DNA of 55,009 nucleotides from assembly GCA_046081085.1 (NCBI GenBank), contig JBJTVF010000017.1:1-55009 (forward strand). The letters run 5' to 3'. Position 1 is the stretch's first letter, and each line of letters begins with the position of its first letter. Below are positions 19,135 through 28,750 of this stretch, piece by piece. This stretch comes from Candidatus Limnocylindrus sp. (lineage in GTDB: Bacteria; Chloroflexota; Limnocylindria; Limnocylindrales; Limnocylindraceae). The notes beneath the pieces were generated by a model that saw only the letters and a list, made by a program, of their open reading frames with translations, was not told the origin of the DNA and made no database searches. The position numbers were made by a program, and so were the translations under genes.

Positions 19135-21872
19135 TCAGCGGCGCCAGCCGAGGGGAGACCGAGCGCAGCCGCCATTGCAGTAATCGCGATTGCTGCATCG
19201 CTCCCCTCCGCGCCTCGCCCTTGGCCCATGTTCGCCTTTCCGCCCCCGCGCCCGCCGATTGCCGACGCGCCTGCCGCAACGATGCTTCCTGCGTTCACGA
19301 CCGCGGCATCCACCTCCTCAACAACAACAAGGATGTCTGGCGCCCCTCCCGCACGCACAAGCGCAATGACCCCCGGGCCCATGCGCTTTCGAAGTTGACT
19401 TGAGAGTTCTTTGAGCTCCTCGACGTCCTCGACGTCGACGCTTGCAATGAGCACTCGGTGGCCCGCTGGTGCGCTCACCGCACGTTCAATGAGTGCCGCA
19501 GGATCAATCCGCGACCCGCCACCCTCACGCGCTCGACGCTTTGCGCTCTTCAACTCCGCCTGAAGTTGGGCGATCTTCTGAGTCAGTTGTCCTTGATCTT
19601 GCAGCCCGAGAAGCTCGGCGGCATCCTCAACGCTCTTCACTCGTGCGCGAAGATACTCGTCTGCCAAGGGGCCGCTCAAGGCTTCAATACGCCGCAGACC
19701 GGAACCGATGCTGCGATCTGAAATGATTACGAAACTCCCAACCTCACCAGTCGCGTTGCAATGGGTACCGCCGCAAAGCTCATGGGAATAGTCCGCCATC
19801 CTGATCGTGCGCACGCGCTCGCCATACTTCTCGTCAAAGAACGCGTCCGCACCGGCCTCCACCGCCTCCTTCATGCTCATCTCGGCCGCCACAATTGGAA
19901 TGTTCGACCGGATCGCGCGCTGCACCTCGGCTTCGACCGCGTCGCGCTCCTCACGAGTCAGGGCACGGTCGAGGGGATAGTCAAACCGGAGGTACTCGGG
20001 GTGAACGAGAGAGCCGCGCTGCTTTGCATCGGGGCCTGCAACGATGCGAATCGCACGGTGCAGTAGGTGGGTTGCAGTGTGATTGCGCACCGTTGCCGCT
20101 CGCCGCGGTCCATCTACTCGCATCGTGACGCGGCCGCCGATCGCGAGTGGCCCATTCAGCTCCGCTTCATGGAGCGTCATCGCGCCCACCGGACGCTGGG
20201 TGTCCGTGATGCGACCGATCAGTGCGCCCTTCGCGCCGAGCAGCTCGCCCTGGTCACCGACCTGACCACCGCGCTCGGCGTAGAAAGGGGTTCGCTCCAC
20301 CACAATTCGTGCACGCCCCGATTCGACGCGTGCCACGCTTCCCGTATCCGAAAGGATCCCCTTCACTGTGGTGCCCCCCTCGAGATGCTCGTACCCAATG
20401 AACTCGGTGTCGCCAACGGCCCGGAGAAGCTCCTCGAGCTGAGCAACGTAGGCGGCGTGTTCGGCAAGCTCCGACTTCTTCCCGCCACGAGAACGTTGTC
20501 GCTGCTCCGCCAATGCCGCGTCGAAACCAGCACGATCGACGGCCACGCCACGTTCGGCGGCGAGCTCAACGGTTAGATCTATGGGGAACCCGTAGGTGTC
20601 ATGAAGCTTGAAGGCGACGCCTCCGTCAAGTTGCGGCGCATCATCGGGGAGTTGATCAGCGCGTACCCCAACTGCGCTCGCCCCCTTGGCAAGGTGCTTC
20701 AACGCGTCGGCAAGGAGGGCCGATCCCCCGTCGAGCGTCCGTGCAAACTGCGCCTCCTCGCGCTCGAGTGACTCCACAACAAGGGTCTCAGCTCCACGGA
20801 GGTATGGGTAGGCCTCGCTCATCATCCGAATGACAGCACGGGAAACCTCAGGGAGAAACGACCGCTCGATCCCAAGTAGGCGCCCGTGGCGTACCGCGCG
20901 TCGAATGATACGGCGCAGCACATAGCCTCGCCCCTCATTCCCTGGTCGTACGCCATCGGCGAGCAAGAACGTGACTGCCCGCGAGTGGTCAGCAATCACC
21001 TGATAGCTGAATCGTTGCGTCTCAAACATCGCCTCGTCATGACCGGTCATCTTCTGCAAGAGCGTATGGATCGGGAGGAAGAGGTCGGTGTCATAGTTTG
21101 AGAGGACTTGCTGACTGACGCTGGCGAGTCGCTCGAGACCCATCCCCGTATCAACGCTCTTGAAGGGCAGCTCGGTCCGACGACCATCCGCATGCTGTTC
21201 GTACTGCATAAAGACAAGGTTCCAAATCTCAAGCCATCGCGGGCACTGCTCAGAGTGATCGGGGATACAGGTTGAGCCACAGGAGAGCTCCGCGCCGCGG
21301 TCAAAGTGAATCTCCGAACATGGACCGCACGGTCCGGTCTCGGCCATCCGCCAGAAGTTGGCATCGTCGCCCTTCTCTACGTTTCCCCAGCGAGCGAGAC
21401 GTTCCGCCGGGAGTCCAATCTCCTCTCGCCAGATCGTCGCTGCCTCCTCATCATCGGAGTAGATCGTCGCTGCCAGCCGGTCGGCTGGGATCCCGAGATC
21501 TACCGTCAAGAACTCCCACGCCCAGAGAATGGCATCACGCTTGAAGTAGTCGCCAAACGACCAGCTCCCGAGCATCTCAAAGAGGGTGTGGTGTCGTGGC
21601 GTGCGCCCGACCTCTTCAAAGTCATTGTGCTTCCCCGCCACTCGAAGGCAGCGCTGATAATCAACCGCCCTGGTGTACGAGCGTGTCTCCGCACCACTGA
21701 AGAGCTCCTTGAATTGCACCATTCCAGAGTTCGTGAAGAGGAGAGTTGCATCGCCTGCAGGAATCAGTGAGGCGCTTGGCACGGCGGCGTGCCCGCGAGC
21801 CTCAAAGAAGGCGATGAATCGCGACCGCAGTTCAGCGGCGCTATATGAAGGAATCCGTGTGTCTCGCTTCAT
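19131..21872 (-). CDS. alaS: Alanine--tRNA ligase
   Basis: LLFTNSGMVQFK, HHTLFEMLG, GPCGPCSE, DTGMGLER, NHTATHLL, ELCGGTH editing site, C-Ala GGRGGG; start moved to ATG 21872. Confidence 0.98.
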   Translation of the reverse strand: MKRDTRIPSYSAAELRSRFIAFFEARGHAAVPSASLIPAGDATLLFTNSGMVQFKELFSGAETRSYTRAVDYQRCLRVAGKHNDFEEVGRTPRHHTLFEMLGSWSFGDYFKRDAILWAWEFLTVDLGIPADRLAATIYSDDEEAATIWREEIGLPAERLARWGNVEKGDDANFWRMAETGPCGPCSEIHFDRGAELSCGSTCIPDHSEQCPRWLEIWNLVFMQYEQHADGRRTELPFKSVDTGMGLERLASVSQQVLSNYDTDLFLPIHTLLQKMTGHDEAMFETQRFSYQVIADHSRAVTFLLADGVRPGNEGRGYVLRRIIRRAVRHGRLLGIERSFLPEVSRAVIRMMSEAYPYLRGAETLVVESLEREEAQFARTLDGGSALLADALKHLAKGASAVGVRADQLPDDAPQLDGGVAFKLHDTYGFPIDLTVELAAERGVAVDRAGFDAALAEQRQRSRGGKKSELAEHAAYVAQLEELLRAVGDTEFIGYEHLEGGTTVKGILSDTGSVARVESGRARIVVERTPFYAERGGQVGDQGELLGAKGALIGRITDTQRPVGAMTLHEAELNGPLAIGGRVTMRVDGPRRAATVRNHTATHLLHRAIRIVAGPDAKQRGSLVHPEYLRFDYPLDRALTREERDAVEAEVQRAIRSNIPIVAAEMSMKEAVEAGADAFFDEKYGERVRTIRMADYSHELCGGTHCNATGEVGSFVIISDRSIGSGLRRIEALSGPLADEYLRARVKSVEDAAELLGLQDQGQLTQKIAQLQAELKSAKRRAREGGGSRIDPAALIERAVSAPAGHRVLIASVDVEDVEELKELSSQLRKRMGPGVIALVRAGGAPDILVVVEEVDAAVVNAGSIVAAGASAIGGRGGGKANMGQGRGAEGSDAAIAITAMAAALGLPSAGAAE

Positions 21873-21878
21873 GAGCCG

Positions 21879-21887
21879 AGCGTAGCA
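21879..21887 (-). promoter_or_regulatory. Extended -10 (TGCTACGCT) 6 nt before the alaS ATG; candidate leaderless promoter
   Basis: TGnTAnnnT directly upstream of the start with no SD; the same 9-mer precedes topA. Confidence 0.55.
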
Positions 21888-21912
21888 GAGGGAACCACGA
21901 GCTCCGTCGCCC

Positions 21913-22182
21913 TTAGGGCTGTCGACCCCGCTCCCAGCCGGTCGCGATACGGGCAGCGAGTCGCTCGAAGAGCAGTGCACCGATCAGTGGGGCGGGCCAT
22001 GCCACTCCACCGATTGGGAGTAATCCACCGAAGACTCGCTCCCCAAGTAGTTGTCCGAACAGTGCGCCAACCCCCGCGGCAACGATCGCAATTGGGAGCG
22101 GTGCCCAGACCGCGAGGAGTCGCCCAGCAAGCGCCGCCACAGCGATCGTGATGCCAATCAACAGCGGCGCTGGCTCAAGCAT
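21913..22182 (-). CDS. Hypothetical small membrane protein (about 3 TM)
   Basis: 89-aa hydrophobic ORF; ATG 22182 overlaps the mnmA stop (ATGCTTGA). Confidence 0.7.
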   Translation of the reverse strand: MLEPAPLLIGITIAVAALAGRLLAVWAPLPIAIVAAGVGALFGQLLGERVFGGLLPIGGVAWPAPLIGALLFERLAARIATGWERGRQP

Positions 22183-23323
22183 GAAGCGGCACGTGGGCGC
22201 TGATCTGACCTCCAGCGGCAAGCGTCTCGCCCTCATAGAGGACAACGGTCTGGCCGGGCGAAGGCGCCCAGAGGGGATCGCTTAACTCCAGTGTCGCAGC
22301 ACCGCCCCCCTTACTGACGAGGCGACCAGGGGCAGTAGCCCCGCGATGTCGAATCCTCGCTGCGCCATTGAGTACTACACCGACCGGCAATTCGCCGCTC
22401 GGTGTGGCTGCCCCGGTCAACTCAATCGCTCGGCACTCAAGTGACTCGCGGCGACCGATCGTGATGCGATTCGTCCGCGGATCAATCGCGCTGACATACC
22501 GAGGCGACGCTCCTGTCACGGAGAGCCCACGGCGTTGGCCAACGGTAAATCCTGCACTCCCCTCATGGGTGCCGACTATCTCTCCCCTCTCGTCAACGAT
22601 CTCGCCGCGCTGTGGCTCCCAACCACGCGCGCGCAAGAGCGACCGATAATCGCCATCTGGGACGAAGCAGATCTCTTGACTCTCTGGCTTCTCCGCCGTT
22701 GGGAGTCCGCGCGCGCGTGCAGCCTCCCGCACCTCTGGCTTTGTCATTCCACCGAGCGGGAAGCGCGCCCGAGCGATCGCCTCGCTGCGTAGTCCATGCA
22801 AGAAGTAGGTCTGGTCCTTGTCTTGATCCACTGCGGAGCGCAGCCGCCACGAAAGGCCGTCGGAGCTCACCGCGCGTCGGGCATAGTGACCGGTCGCAAC
22901 CGCCTCGCAACCGAAGAGGGCACTCCCCTTCCCCACGAGCGCGCCGAACTTCACCGCGGTATTGCAGCCGACGCAGGGGCTTGGCGTTTCACCTCCGAGG
23001 TACGCACCAACAAATGGTTCGAGCACCGCATCGGCAAACTCGCGCTCAAGATTCTGAATGTGGAATGGGATCTTCAGTTGATCCGCCACGCGGCGCGCGT
23101 CGTCCGCTGCATCAAGGGTGCAACAACTCTTCCTCCCGCCGTCCACACGATCCGCAGCATCGTGAAGTCGCATCCATACGCCAACCACCTGGTGTCCGGC
23201 CTCGACGAGGAGCGCTGCTGCAACGGACGAATCGACGCCGCCAGAGAGAGCAACGAGCACGCGTTCGGACTCCAGTGCCTCCGGCTCAGGGAGCCACCCG
23301 CTGGGTAGTCCGTGTGTGGTCAT
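22175..23323 (-). CDS. mnmA: tRNA 2-thiouridine(34) synthase MnmA
   Basis: ALSGGVDSS PP-loop, PSPCVGCN, ATGHYA, KDQTYFL, ESQEICF, TVGQRRGL. Confidence 0.97.
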   Translation of the reverse strand: MTTHGLPSGWLPEPEALESERVLVALSGGVDSSVAAALLVEAGHQVVGVWMRLHDAADRVDGGRKSCCTLDAADDARRVADQLKIPFHIQNLEREFADAVLEPFVGAYLGGETPSPCVGCNTAVKFGALVGKGSALFGCEAVATGHYARRAVSSDGLSWRLRSAVDQDKDQTYFLHGLRSEAIARARFPLGGMTKPEVREAARARGLPTAEKPESQEICFVPDGDYRSLLRARGWEPQRGEIVDERGEIVGTHEGSAGFTVGQRRGLSVTGASPRYVSAIDPRTNRITIGRRESLECRAIELTGAATPSGELPVGVVLNGAARIRHRGATAPGRLVSKGGGAATLELSDPLWAPSPGQTVVLYEGETLAAGGQISAHVPLHA

Positions 23324-24483
23324 ACCGGTCGCACCTCAGTGAGCGCCAGGTCGCGGACGCGCGCACATGTTGCCGCAACGATCGCCGCGGCCCGCACCGC
23401 TTCGTCAATGCTGTTCGTTCGACCGAAGGAGATTCGAATCCCGCCGCGCGATTCGTCGTCAGAGAGACCGCAGGCGGCAAGGGCCTCTGATGGCTCACGT
23501 GAGCCGCTGATGCAGGCAGAACCTGTTGAGATCGCAAGACCCGCGTGATCAAGCGCGGCAACAAGGTCATCACCCAGGGCCCAGTTCGCGGCGTATGAAT
23601 GATGACCCGGGAGCCGATTCGTGCGATCAGCGGGGCCAGTCGGTCTCAGCCCATGAGCCTCTGGCGCGCCCAGCGCGTTGTCAAAGGCGGCGGAGAGCGC
23701 GCTCAAGTGACGCCGCGTCACTTCGCGCTCTTGCACCGACAACCTAACGGCGTGGGCGAATGCTGCCGCGAGCGGAACGGCTTCAGTGCCGCCCCGACGT
23801 CCGCGTTCCTGCCCACCCCCCGGCACCAGTGGCTTTAGATGGCGATCCGGTGCTGAGAGGAGCGCCGCGATCCCTGCTGGCCCCTCCAACTTTGCAGATC
23901 CAATCACAAGATGCGTCGCGCCAGTCTCTGAAAACTGCAGCGCGCGTGATGCAGCCGCCTGTACGCCGTCAAGGATCAGCGCGCCAAAGTCAGCATCAGG
24001 CAACACCCCTCGGAGTGCTTGGACGTTCTGCTCTGTCCCGAGTTCGCCCGATGAGATCGCGAGTAGACCCACGGTGTGAGCGCGTGGATGGAGGTCCTCC
24101 AGACGCCAGGCCCCACTTGCGCTCACTGGGATCAGCTCAACCGACCCACCCGTAGCCTGATGGCGGTTGGCGAGTGCTCGTGCGCCGCGGTGCTCAGTAG
24201 CCGTCGTGAGTAGGGAGCCCGTGTCCGAAAGTTCGCTGCAGATTGCGAGGGCGAGCGCTTCGGACGCGCTCCCTGTGAATGTCACCTGGCGAGATTCAAC
24301 GTCGAACGCCTCTGCGATCGTGGCACGCGCTTCATCGAGGAGCGCGCGTGCCCGTCGCGCCTCAGCATGACCACCATTCGGATTTCCAATGCCATCCCGG
24401 TACAACGTGGCGAGCAGCTCAGCTACCTCTGATCGAACAGGGGAACCAGCGGCGTGATCAGCAAAGATCCTCGCGGAACCCAT
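23320..24483 (-). CDS. iscS: Cysteine desulfurase, IscS/NifS type (divergent)
   Basis: DHAA, EH, DGVQA, PLP lysine in SAKLEGP, GGGQE..RGGTE, STGSAC persulfide loop; coupled to mnmA. Confidence 0.85.
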   Translation of the reverse strand: MGSARIFADHAAGSPVRSEVAELLATLYRDGIGNPNGGHAEARRARALLDEARATIAEAFDVESRQVTFTGSASEALALAICSELSDTGSLLTTATEHRGARALANRHQATGGSVELIPVSASGAWRLEDLHPRAHTVGLLAISSGELGTEQNVQALRGVLPDADFGALILDGVQAAASRALQFSETGATHLVIGSAKLEGPAGIAALLSAPDRHLKPLVPGGGQERGRRGGTEAVPLAAAFAHAVRLSVQEREVTRRHLSALSAAFDNALGAPEAHGLRPTGPADRTNRLPGHHSYAANWALGDDLVAALDHAGLAISTGSACISGSREPSEALAACGLSDDESRGGIRISFGRTNSIDEAVRAAAIVAATCARVRDLALTEVRPV

Positions 24484-24488
24484 CGGCG

Positions 24489-26354
24489 TTACTGGTTCGC
24501 CTCGCGCATCTCGGCGCGCCGGCCCGCCTCACGACGTCGATCATTCTCGTTGAGGAGTCGCTTGCGCAGTCGAAGCGCCGATGGCGTCACCTCGATCAAC
24601 TCATCGGGACCAATGAACTCGAGAGCGTTCTCAAGTGCCATGCGCCGCGGCGGCGTCAGTCGAATCGCCTCATCGTGGGAGTGCGTTCGCATGTTCGTCA
24701 GCTTCTTTTCACGCACCGCGTTCACATCCATGTCTCCAGGCTTGGCGCTCTCGCCAATGATCTGGCCCTCGTAGGTCTGTTCGCCTTCGGTCACGAACAG
24801 TTCACCGCGTTCCTGTATGCCGTAAAGGGCGTAGCTCGTGGTAACCCCAGTTCGGTCTGAGATGAGACAGCCATTCGTTCGATGTGGGATTTCGCCAACC
24901 CAAGGCTTGTAGCCCGCACTCAACTGGTGGATGAGCGCCGTGCCGCGCGTTTCGGTCAGAATGCGACCGCGAACACCGATCAGGCCACGCGTCGGGATCA
25001 AGAAGTCGACGCGGGCTCGCCCGTCTGCTCCATGCTGGATGTTCTCCATCCGCGCGCGACGCTCCGCCATGATGCCAGTGATCACTCCCACAAAGTCAAC
25101 CGGGACGTCGATGGTGAGTTGTTCAAACGGCTCTTCGATGCCGTTTGGACCCTTATGCAAGAGCACTTCAGGGCGCGACACTTCAAGTTCGAATCCTTCG
25201 CGTCGCATCTGCTCCACGAGGATGGCGAGTTGAAGTTCGCCGCGACCGCGCACCTGGAAGGCCTCCCCTGTATCCGTTGGACTGACCTCAATCGCCGGGT
25301 TTCCAAGCACCTCTTTCTCGAGACGTGCCTTCAGCTGGCGCGACGTAAGGAACTTCCCGTCCTTACCACCGATCGGGCTCGTGTTTACGCCGAACGTCAT
25401 CTGAAGTGTTGGCGGATCGACGTGAAGCCGTTCTAGGGGTCGGGGATCTGTCGGGTCCGTGATCGTTTCGCCAATCTCTACATCGGCGAGGCCCGCAATG
25501 CCTACGATTTCACCGGGCCCCGCTTCAGCAACCTCAACGCGTTCGATGCCCATCGGGAGCGTGAGCGATGTCACCGTCCCGCTAAGTGCGCTCTCTTCGC
25601 GCAGCACGGTGATCTTCGCCCCCTTGCGCACGGTCCCGTTGCGAATACGCCCAACGGCGATCCGTCCTACAAAGTCATTCGCCGCTAGGTTCGTGATCAA
25701 CACCTGCAATGGGTGGCCAGGCTCATGCATCGGCGCCGGGGCGGCTTCGAGCACGACGTCCAAGAGCGGGATGAGATCGGTGCCAGGCTTCTCAAGGTCG
25801 AGCGTCGCGGTTCCCGCGCGCGCATTGGTGTAGACGATCGGAAAGTTGATCTGCTGTTCGTTCGCACCGAGATCAAGGAAGAGCTCGTATACCTCATCAA
25901 TCACCTCTTTGATCCGCGCGTCCGCACGGTCAATCTTGTTGATGACGAGCACGACTGGGAGGGAGCGCGCGAGCGCCTTTGAAAGGACGTAACGCGTCTG
26001 CGGGAGCGGACCCTCAGATGCGTCAACAAGCAGGAGGACCGCATCGACCGCGAGAAGGCTTCGCTCCACTTCCCCGCCGAAGTCGGCGTGACCTGGAGTG
26101 TCCACTATCACCACGCGTACACCCTTGAATTGGATCGCCGTCTCCTTCGCAAGGATCGTGATCCCCTTCTCGCGTTCAAGGTCGCCACTATCCATGACGC
26201 GCTCTACAAGCTCTTCGTTGGCACGGAAGGCGCCGTTTTGACGGAGGAGACTGTCGACCAGCGTCGTCTTCCCGTGGTCAACGTGGGCGACGATGCCCAC
26301 GGTGCGAATGCCCGTCTGGGCGACGAGATTTGCGGGGGCGTTGAGGGCTGTCAT
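24489..26354 (-). CDS. typA: Translational GTPase TypA/BipA
   Basis: AHVDHGKTTLVD, EKGITI, DTPGHADFGGEVER, GRGELQL, EQMRREG, KKLTNMR. Confidence 0.97.
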   Translation of the reverse strand: MTALNAPANLVAQTGIRTVGIVAHVDHGKTTLVDSLLRQNGAFRANEELVERVMDSGDLEREKGITILAKETAIQFKGVRVVIVDTPGHADFGGEVERSLLAVDAVLLLVDASEGPLPQTRYVLSKALARSLPVVLVINKIDRADARIKEVIDEVYELFLDLGANEQQINFPIVYTNARAGTATLDLEKPGTDLIPLLDVVLEAAPAPMHEPGHPLQVLITNLAANDFVGRIAVGRIRNGTVRKGAKITVLREESALSGTVTSLTLPMGIERVEVAEAGPGEIVGIAGLADVEIGETITDPTDPRPLERLHVDPPTLQMTFGVNTSPIGGKDGKFLTSRQLKARLEKEVLGNPAIEVSPTDTGEAFQVRGRGELQLAILVEQMRREGFELEVSRPEVLLHKGPNGIEEPFEQLTIDVPVDFVGVITGIMAERRARMENIQHGADGRARVDFLIPTRGLIGVRGRILTETRGTALIHQLSAGYKPWVGEIPHRTNGCLISDRTGVTTSYALYGIQERGELFVTEGEQTYEGQIIGESAKPGDMDVNAVREKKLTNMRTHSHDEAIRLTPPRRMALENALEFIGPDELIEVTPSALRLRKRLLNENDRRREAGRRAEMREANQ

Positions 26355-26396
26355 GTCAAGATTCTCGCACGCTTCGCGCCTGCGTATACTCGGGCC
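26355..26396. promoter_or_regulatory. Compact divergent promoter region with two -10-like boxes
   Basis: TGCGAGAAT on the minus strand (26369-26361) is 6 nt from the typA ATG; TATACT on the plus strand (26385-26390) is 6 nt from ATG 26397. Confidence 0.55.
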
Positions 26397-26933
26397 ATGA
26401 CCGTTGCTGCGCTGATCCTGGCAGGTGACTCTTCACTTGTCGGCGACCGCCCCTCGCCTGCTCTCAGCCGCCTCATCGAAGTGGCCTGGGCTGGTGGCGC
26501 GCACCCGATCCTCGTCGCTGGACTGACCCGGTCGGTGGATCTCGCTCCGCTCGCACTGCCAACGGAGGCTGGCACTGCGGAAGCGGCGGCCACCGAGGCA
26601 CTCCGCCTCGTTGGGGGGACCACCGCACTCCTCTCCCTCCCCGTGACCCATGCGGGCCTCGACCCAGAGACGATCACCGCGTTGATCGCTGCGCATGGGC
26701 GCGCACCGGAGGTGGTACTCCACGCCGCACACAACGGGACCGCGGGTCCCGTGCGTCTCACCCCGCTTTCGCTCCTCTCATCTGGAAACGCCTCCGCCGG
26801 CACGGGAGTCGAATGTGGTGACGAGGCGGCGATCAAGCCGTCAGACGGGAGCGTTCGTCTTGGATTTGAGGCACCACCAGCAGACACACACGCGATTGAT
26901 CCGTGGGAACGACGCGGAGACGGCGCCTCCTAG
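26397..26933 (+). CDS. Degenerate nucleotidyltransferase-like (MocA/MobA-like) protein
   Basis: N-terminal VAALILAG strand and TITALIAAH helix resemble the NTP_transf_3 fold, but the signature residues are missing; the likely start is ATG 26397. Confidence 0.6.
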   Translation: MTVAALILAGDSSLVGDRPSPALSRLIEVAWAGGAHPILVAGLTRSVDLAPLALPTEAGTAEAAATEALRLVGGTTALLSLPVTHAGLDPETITALIAAHGRAPEVVLHAAHNGTAGPVRLTPLSLLSSGNASAGTGVECGDEAAIKPSDGSVRLGFEAPPADTHAIDPWERRGDGAS

Positions 26934-27922
26934 CTAACTCCGCGCGGCGCAGCACCGATCCCAGCTCCTGTCGGCAGGAGCAACGCTGAACTGCGATACG
27001 TCACTCCACTGAACGGATCATTACGGATAAGCAGCGGTGCATCCAAGTCTGCGAGGTCGCAGCGCAAGGCGAGGTGTGCCGCCGCAGTGACGGCGAGTGA
27101 GCTCTCGATCATGCACCCCATCATCGTTCGCAGTCCCTGGCTGCGCGCACGCTCAATCGCCGCATGCGCGGGAAGAAGGCCGCCAAACTTCCGCACCTTG
27201 ATCACGATCCCGTCAACGACCTGGGCCAGCGCGTCGACATCCTCAATAGTGCTGACGCTTTCGTCGGCAAAAATCGGCACGCCGAGGTGCTGGGCACGGA
27301 GCCATGAGAAGCCGTCCCGATCTGCGACCGCAAGTGGCTGCTCCACCAACTCAATCTTGAATCGAGCGAGGCGTGGAATCAGGCGCGCCGCGTCCTCACG
27401 ACTCCACCCTCCGTTCGCATCAAGTCGCAACGTTGCATTCGTGACACCACGAACCGCTTCAACACACGCCTCATCATCGTCTCCGCCCATTTTGAGCTTC
27501 AGGATTGACGCCTCTGCCGCACGGGCTCGCCTCGCCATCTCGTCTGGAGTGTCCATTGCGATCGTGAAGGAGGTCTCAATGGGAGCTGTCTCGTTGACGC
27601 CGAAAGCCTTCCAGAGCGGCTCGCCACGTGCCCGACCCTCCGCATCATGGAGGGCGAGATCCAGCGCACACCGCGCACCCCGTGAGTTCAGCCGCTTAAA
27701 GGCGTCGCTTCGGAGCCCAGCACCGTCAACCTCGTGCGAATTCGCGGCAAACGACTCCAGTGTCGTAAGGATCTCAGTCTCCGACTCTCCGAGGTACGGC
27801 ACGATCGCCGCCTCGCCGTATCCGCCATCGCGCTCAATGATGATGGTGGAGCGCTCGGTCGAGACACCGTGCGCGATGCTCCACGGGCTCACGAGTTCGA
27901 GGCGCACGACCCGAGATTGCAC
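26930..27922 (-). CDS. Dipeptide epimerase (L-Ala-D/L-Glu epimerase, enolase superfamily)
   Basis: GYGEA, TSFTI, KLK, LDAN, EQP, ADES, second Lys (IKVRK), GCMIES, DLD. Confidence 0.9.
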   Translation of the reverse strand: MQSRVVRLELVSPWSIAHGVSTERSTIIIERDGGYGEAAIVPYLGESETEILTTLESFAANSHEVDGAGLRSDAFKRLNSRGARCALDLALHDAEGRARGEPLWKAFGVNETAPIETSFTIAMDTPDEMARRARAAEASILKLKMGGDDDEACVEAVRGVTNATLRLDANGGWSREDAARLIPRLARFKIELVEQPLAVADRDGFSWLRAQHLGVPIFADESVSTIEDVDALAQVVDGIVIKVRKFGGLLPAHAAIERARSQGLRTMMGCMIESSLAVTAAAHLALRCDLADLDAPLLIRNDPFSGVTYRSSALLLPTGAGIGAAPRGVS

Positions 27923-27935
27923 GGTGCCCCTTCGT

Positions 27936-28721
27936 TCAGCTGGGCTGCGTGGCCAACGTTCCGCGGACGAAGTTCAGCACGCGCTCACACCACTCCGCAG
28001 GAATCTCAGCATGCACATTGTGGCCGATGCCTGCCGGAATCCACAGTTGACTCCCTGGGATGTGCTGCGCGATAAAGCGTCCATGCGCCGCGGGAGAGTT
28101 TGTTGCATCGAGTTCACCCTCGATCACCAGCGTTGATCGCTGGACGCGCGAGAGATCCAGCGCCGTGTAGTTCGGCTCGCTGACGATCTCTGCAGCTGTT
28201 CGCCGTAGGAGTGTTGCCCAATAATCGGCACCGTGACGAGCCGAGTGGAGCTCGATCATTTCCGACATCAGGCTGGGGTCCTCCGCTCGCACGCGCTCAG
28301 GATCCAACTTCTTTGGAATCCGTTCCACGAGGTCTCGGCTGACGTAGGCATTCGCCGCCTGAGGGATACAGCTCGCCACCACTTCGGGATGCTCCATCAG
28401 CGTAACGAGCGCCACGTTGCCACCATTGCTGTGCCCAATCACGTGCGCCTGCCTGTGACCAAGCGTGCGAATCAGTTCGGCGGCGTCAGCGGCCATCTCG
28501 CGAAAGGAGTACCGACCAGCAGGGTCGCTGCTCCGGCCATGGCCGCGACAGTCTGGGACGATCACGTGGAACTCCTCTGCCAAACTGGGCGCCACGCCAC
28601 CCCAATCGACAGACCCGGTGATGTACGAGCCGTGGATCAACAGGATCGGATCGCGACCTTGCGTCAACTCACCATACGTGTCGAAGTGGATCTCCGCGCC
28701 GCGGATCTTGGCGGTGGGCAT
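27936..28721 (-). CDS. Alpha/beta fold hydrolase
   Basis: LIHG, DCRGHGRS, GHSNGG nucleophile elbow, GELD, GH. Confidence 0.9.
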   Translation of the reverse strand: MPTAKIRGAEIHFDTYGELTQGRDPILLIHGSYITGSVDWGGVAPSLAEEFHVIVPDCRGHGRSSDPAGRYSFREMAADAAELIRTLGHRQAHVIGHSNGGNVALVTLMEHPEVVASCIPQAANAYVSRDLVERIPKKLDPERVRAEDPSLMSEMIELHSARHGADYWATLLRRTAAEIVSEPNYTALDLSRVQRSTLVIEGELDATNSPAAHGRFIAQHIPGSQLWIPAGIGHNVHAEIPAEWCERVLNFVRGTLATQPS

Positions 28722-28750
28722 GTGCGCCTCCCTTCCCCGTCAACCCTCCG

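Noticed and set aside
21873-21980. N-terminal extensions called on alaS (and likewise nadK, plsC, efp, ftsH)
   Set aside because: Artefacts of longest-ORF calling; homology and initiation signals point to downstream starts
26088-26396. N-terminal 103 aa of the called 281-aa plus-strand ORF
   Set aside because: Mostly antisense to typA; ATG 26397 with a -10 box is the more plausible start
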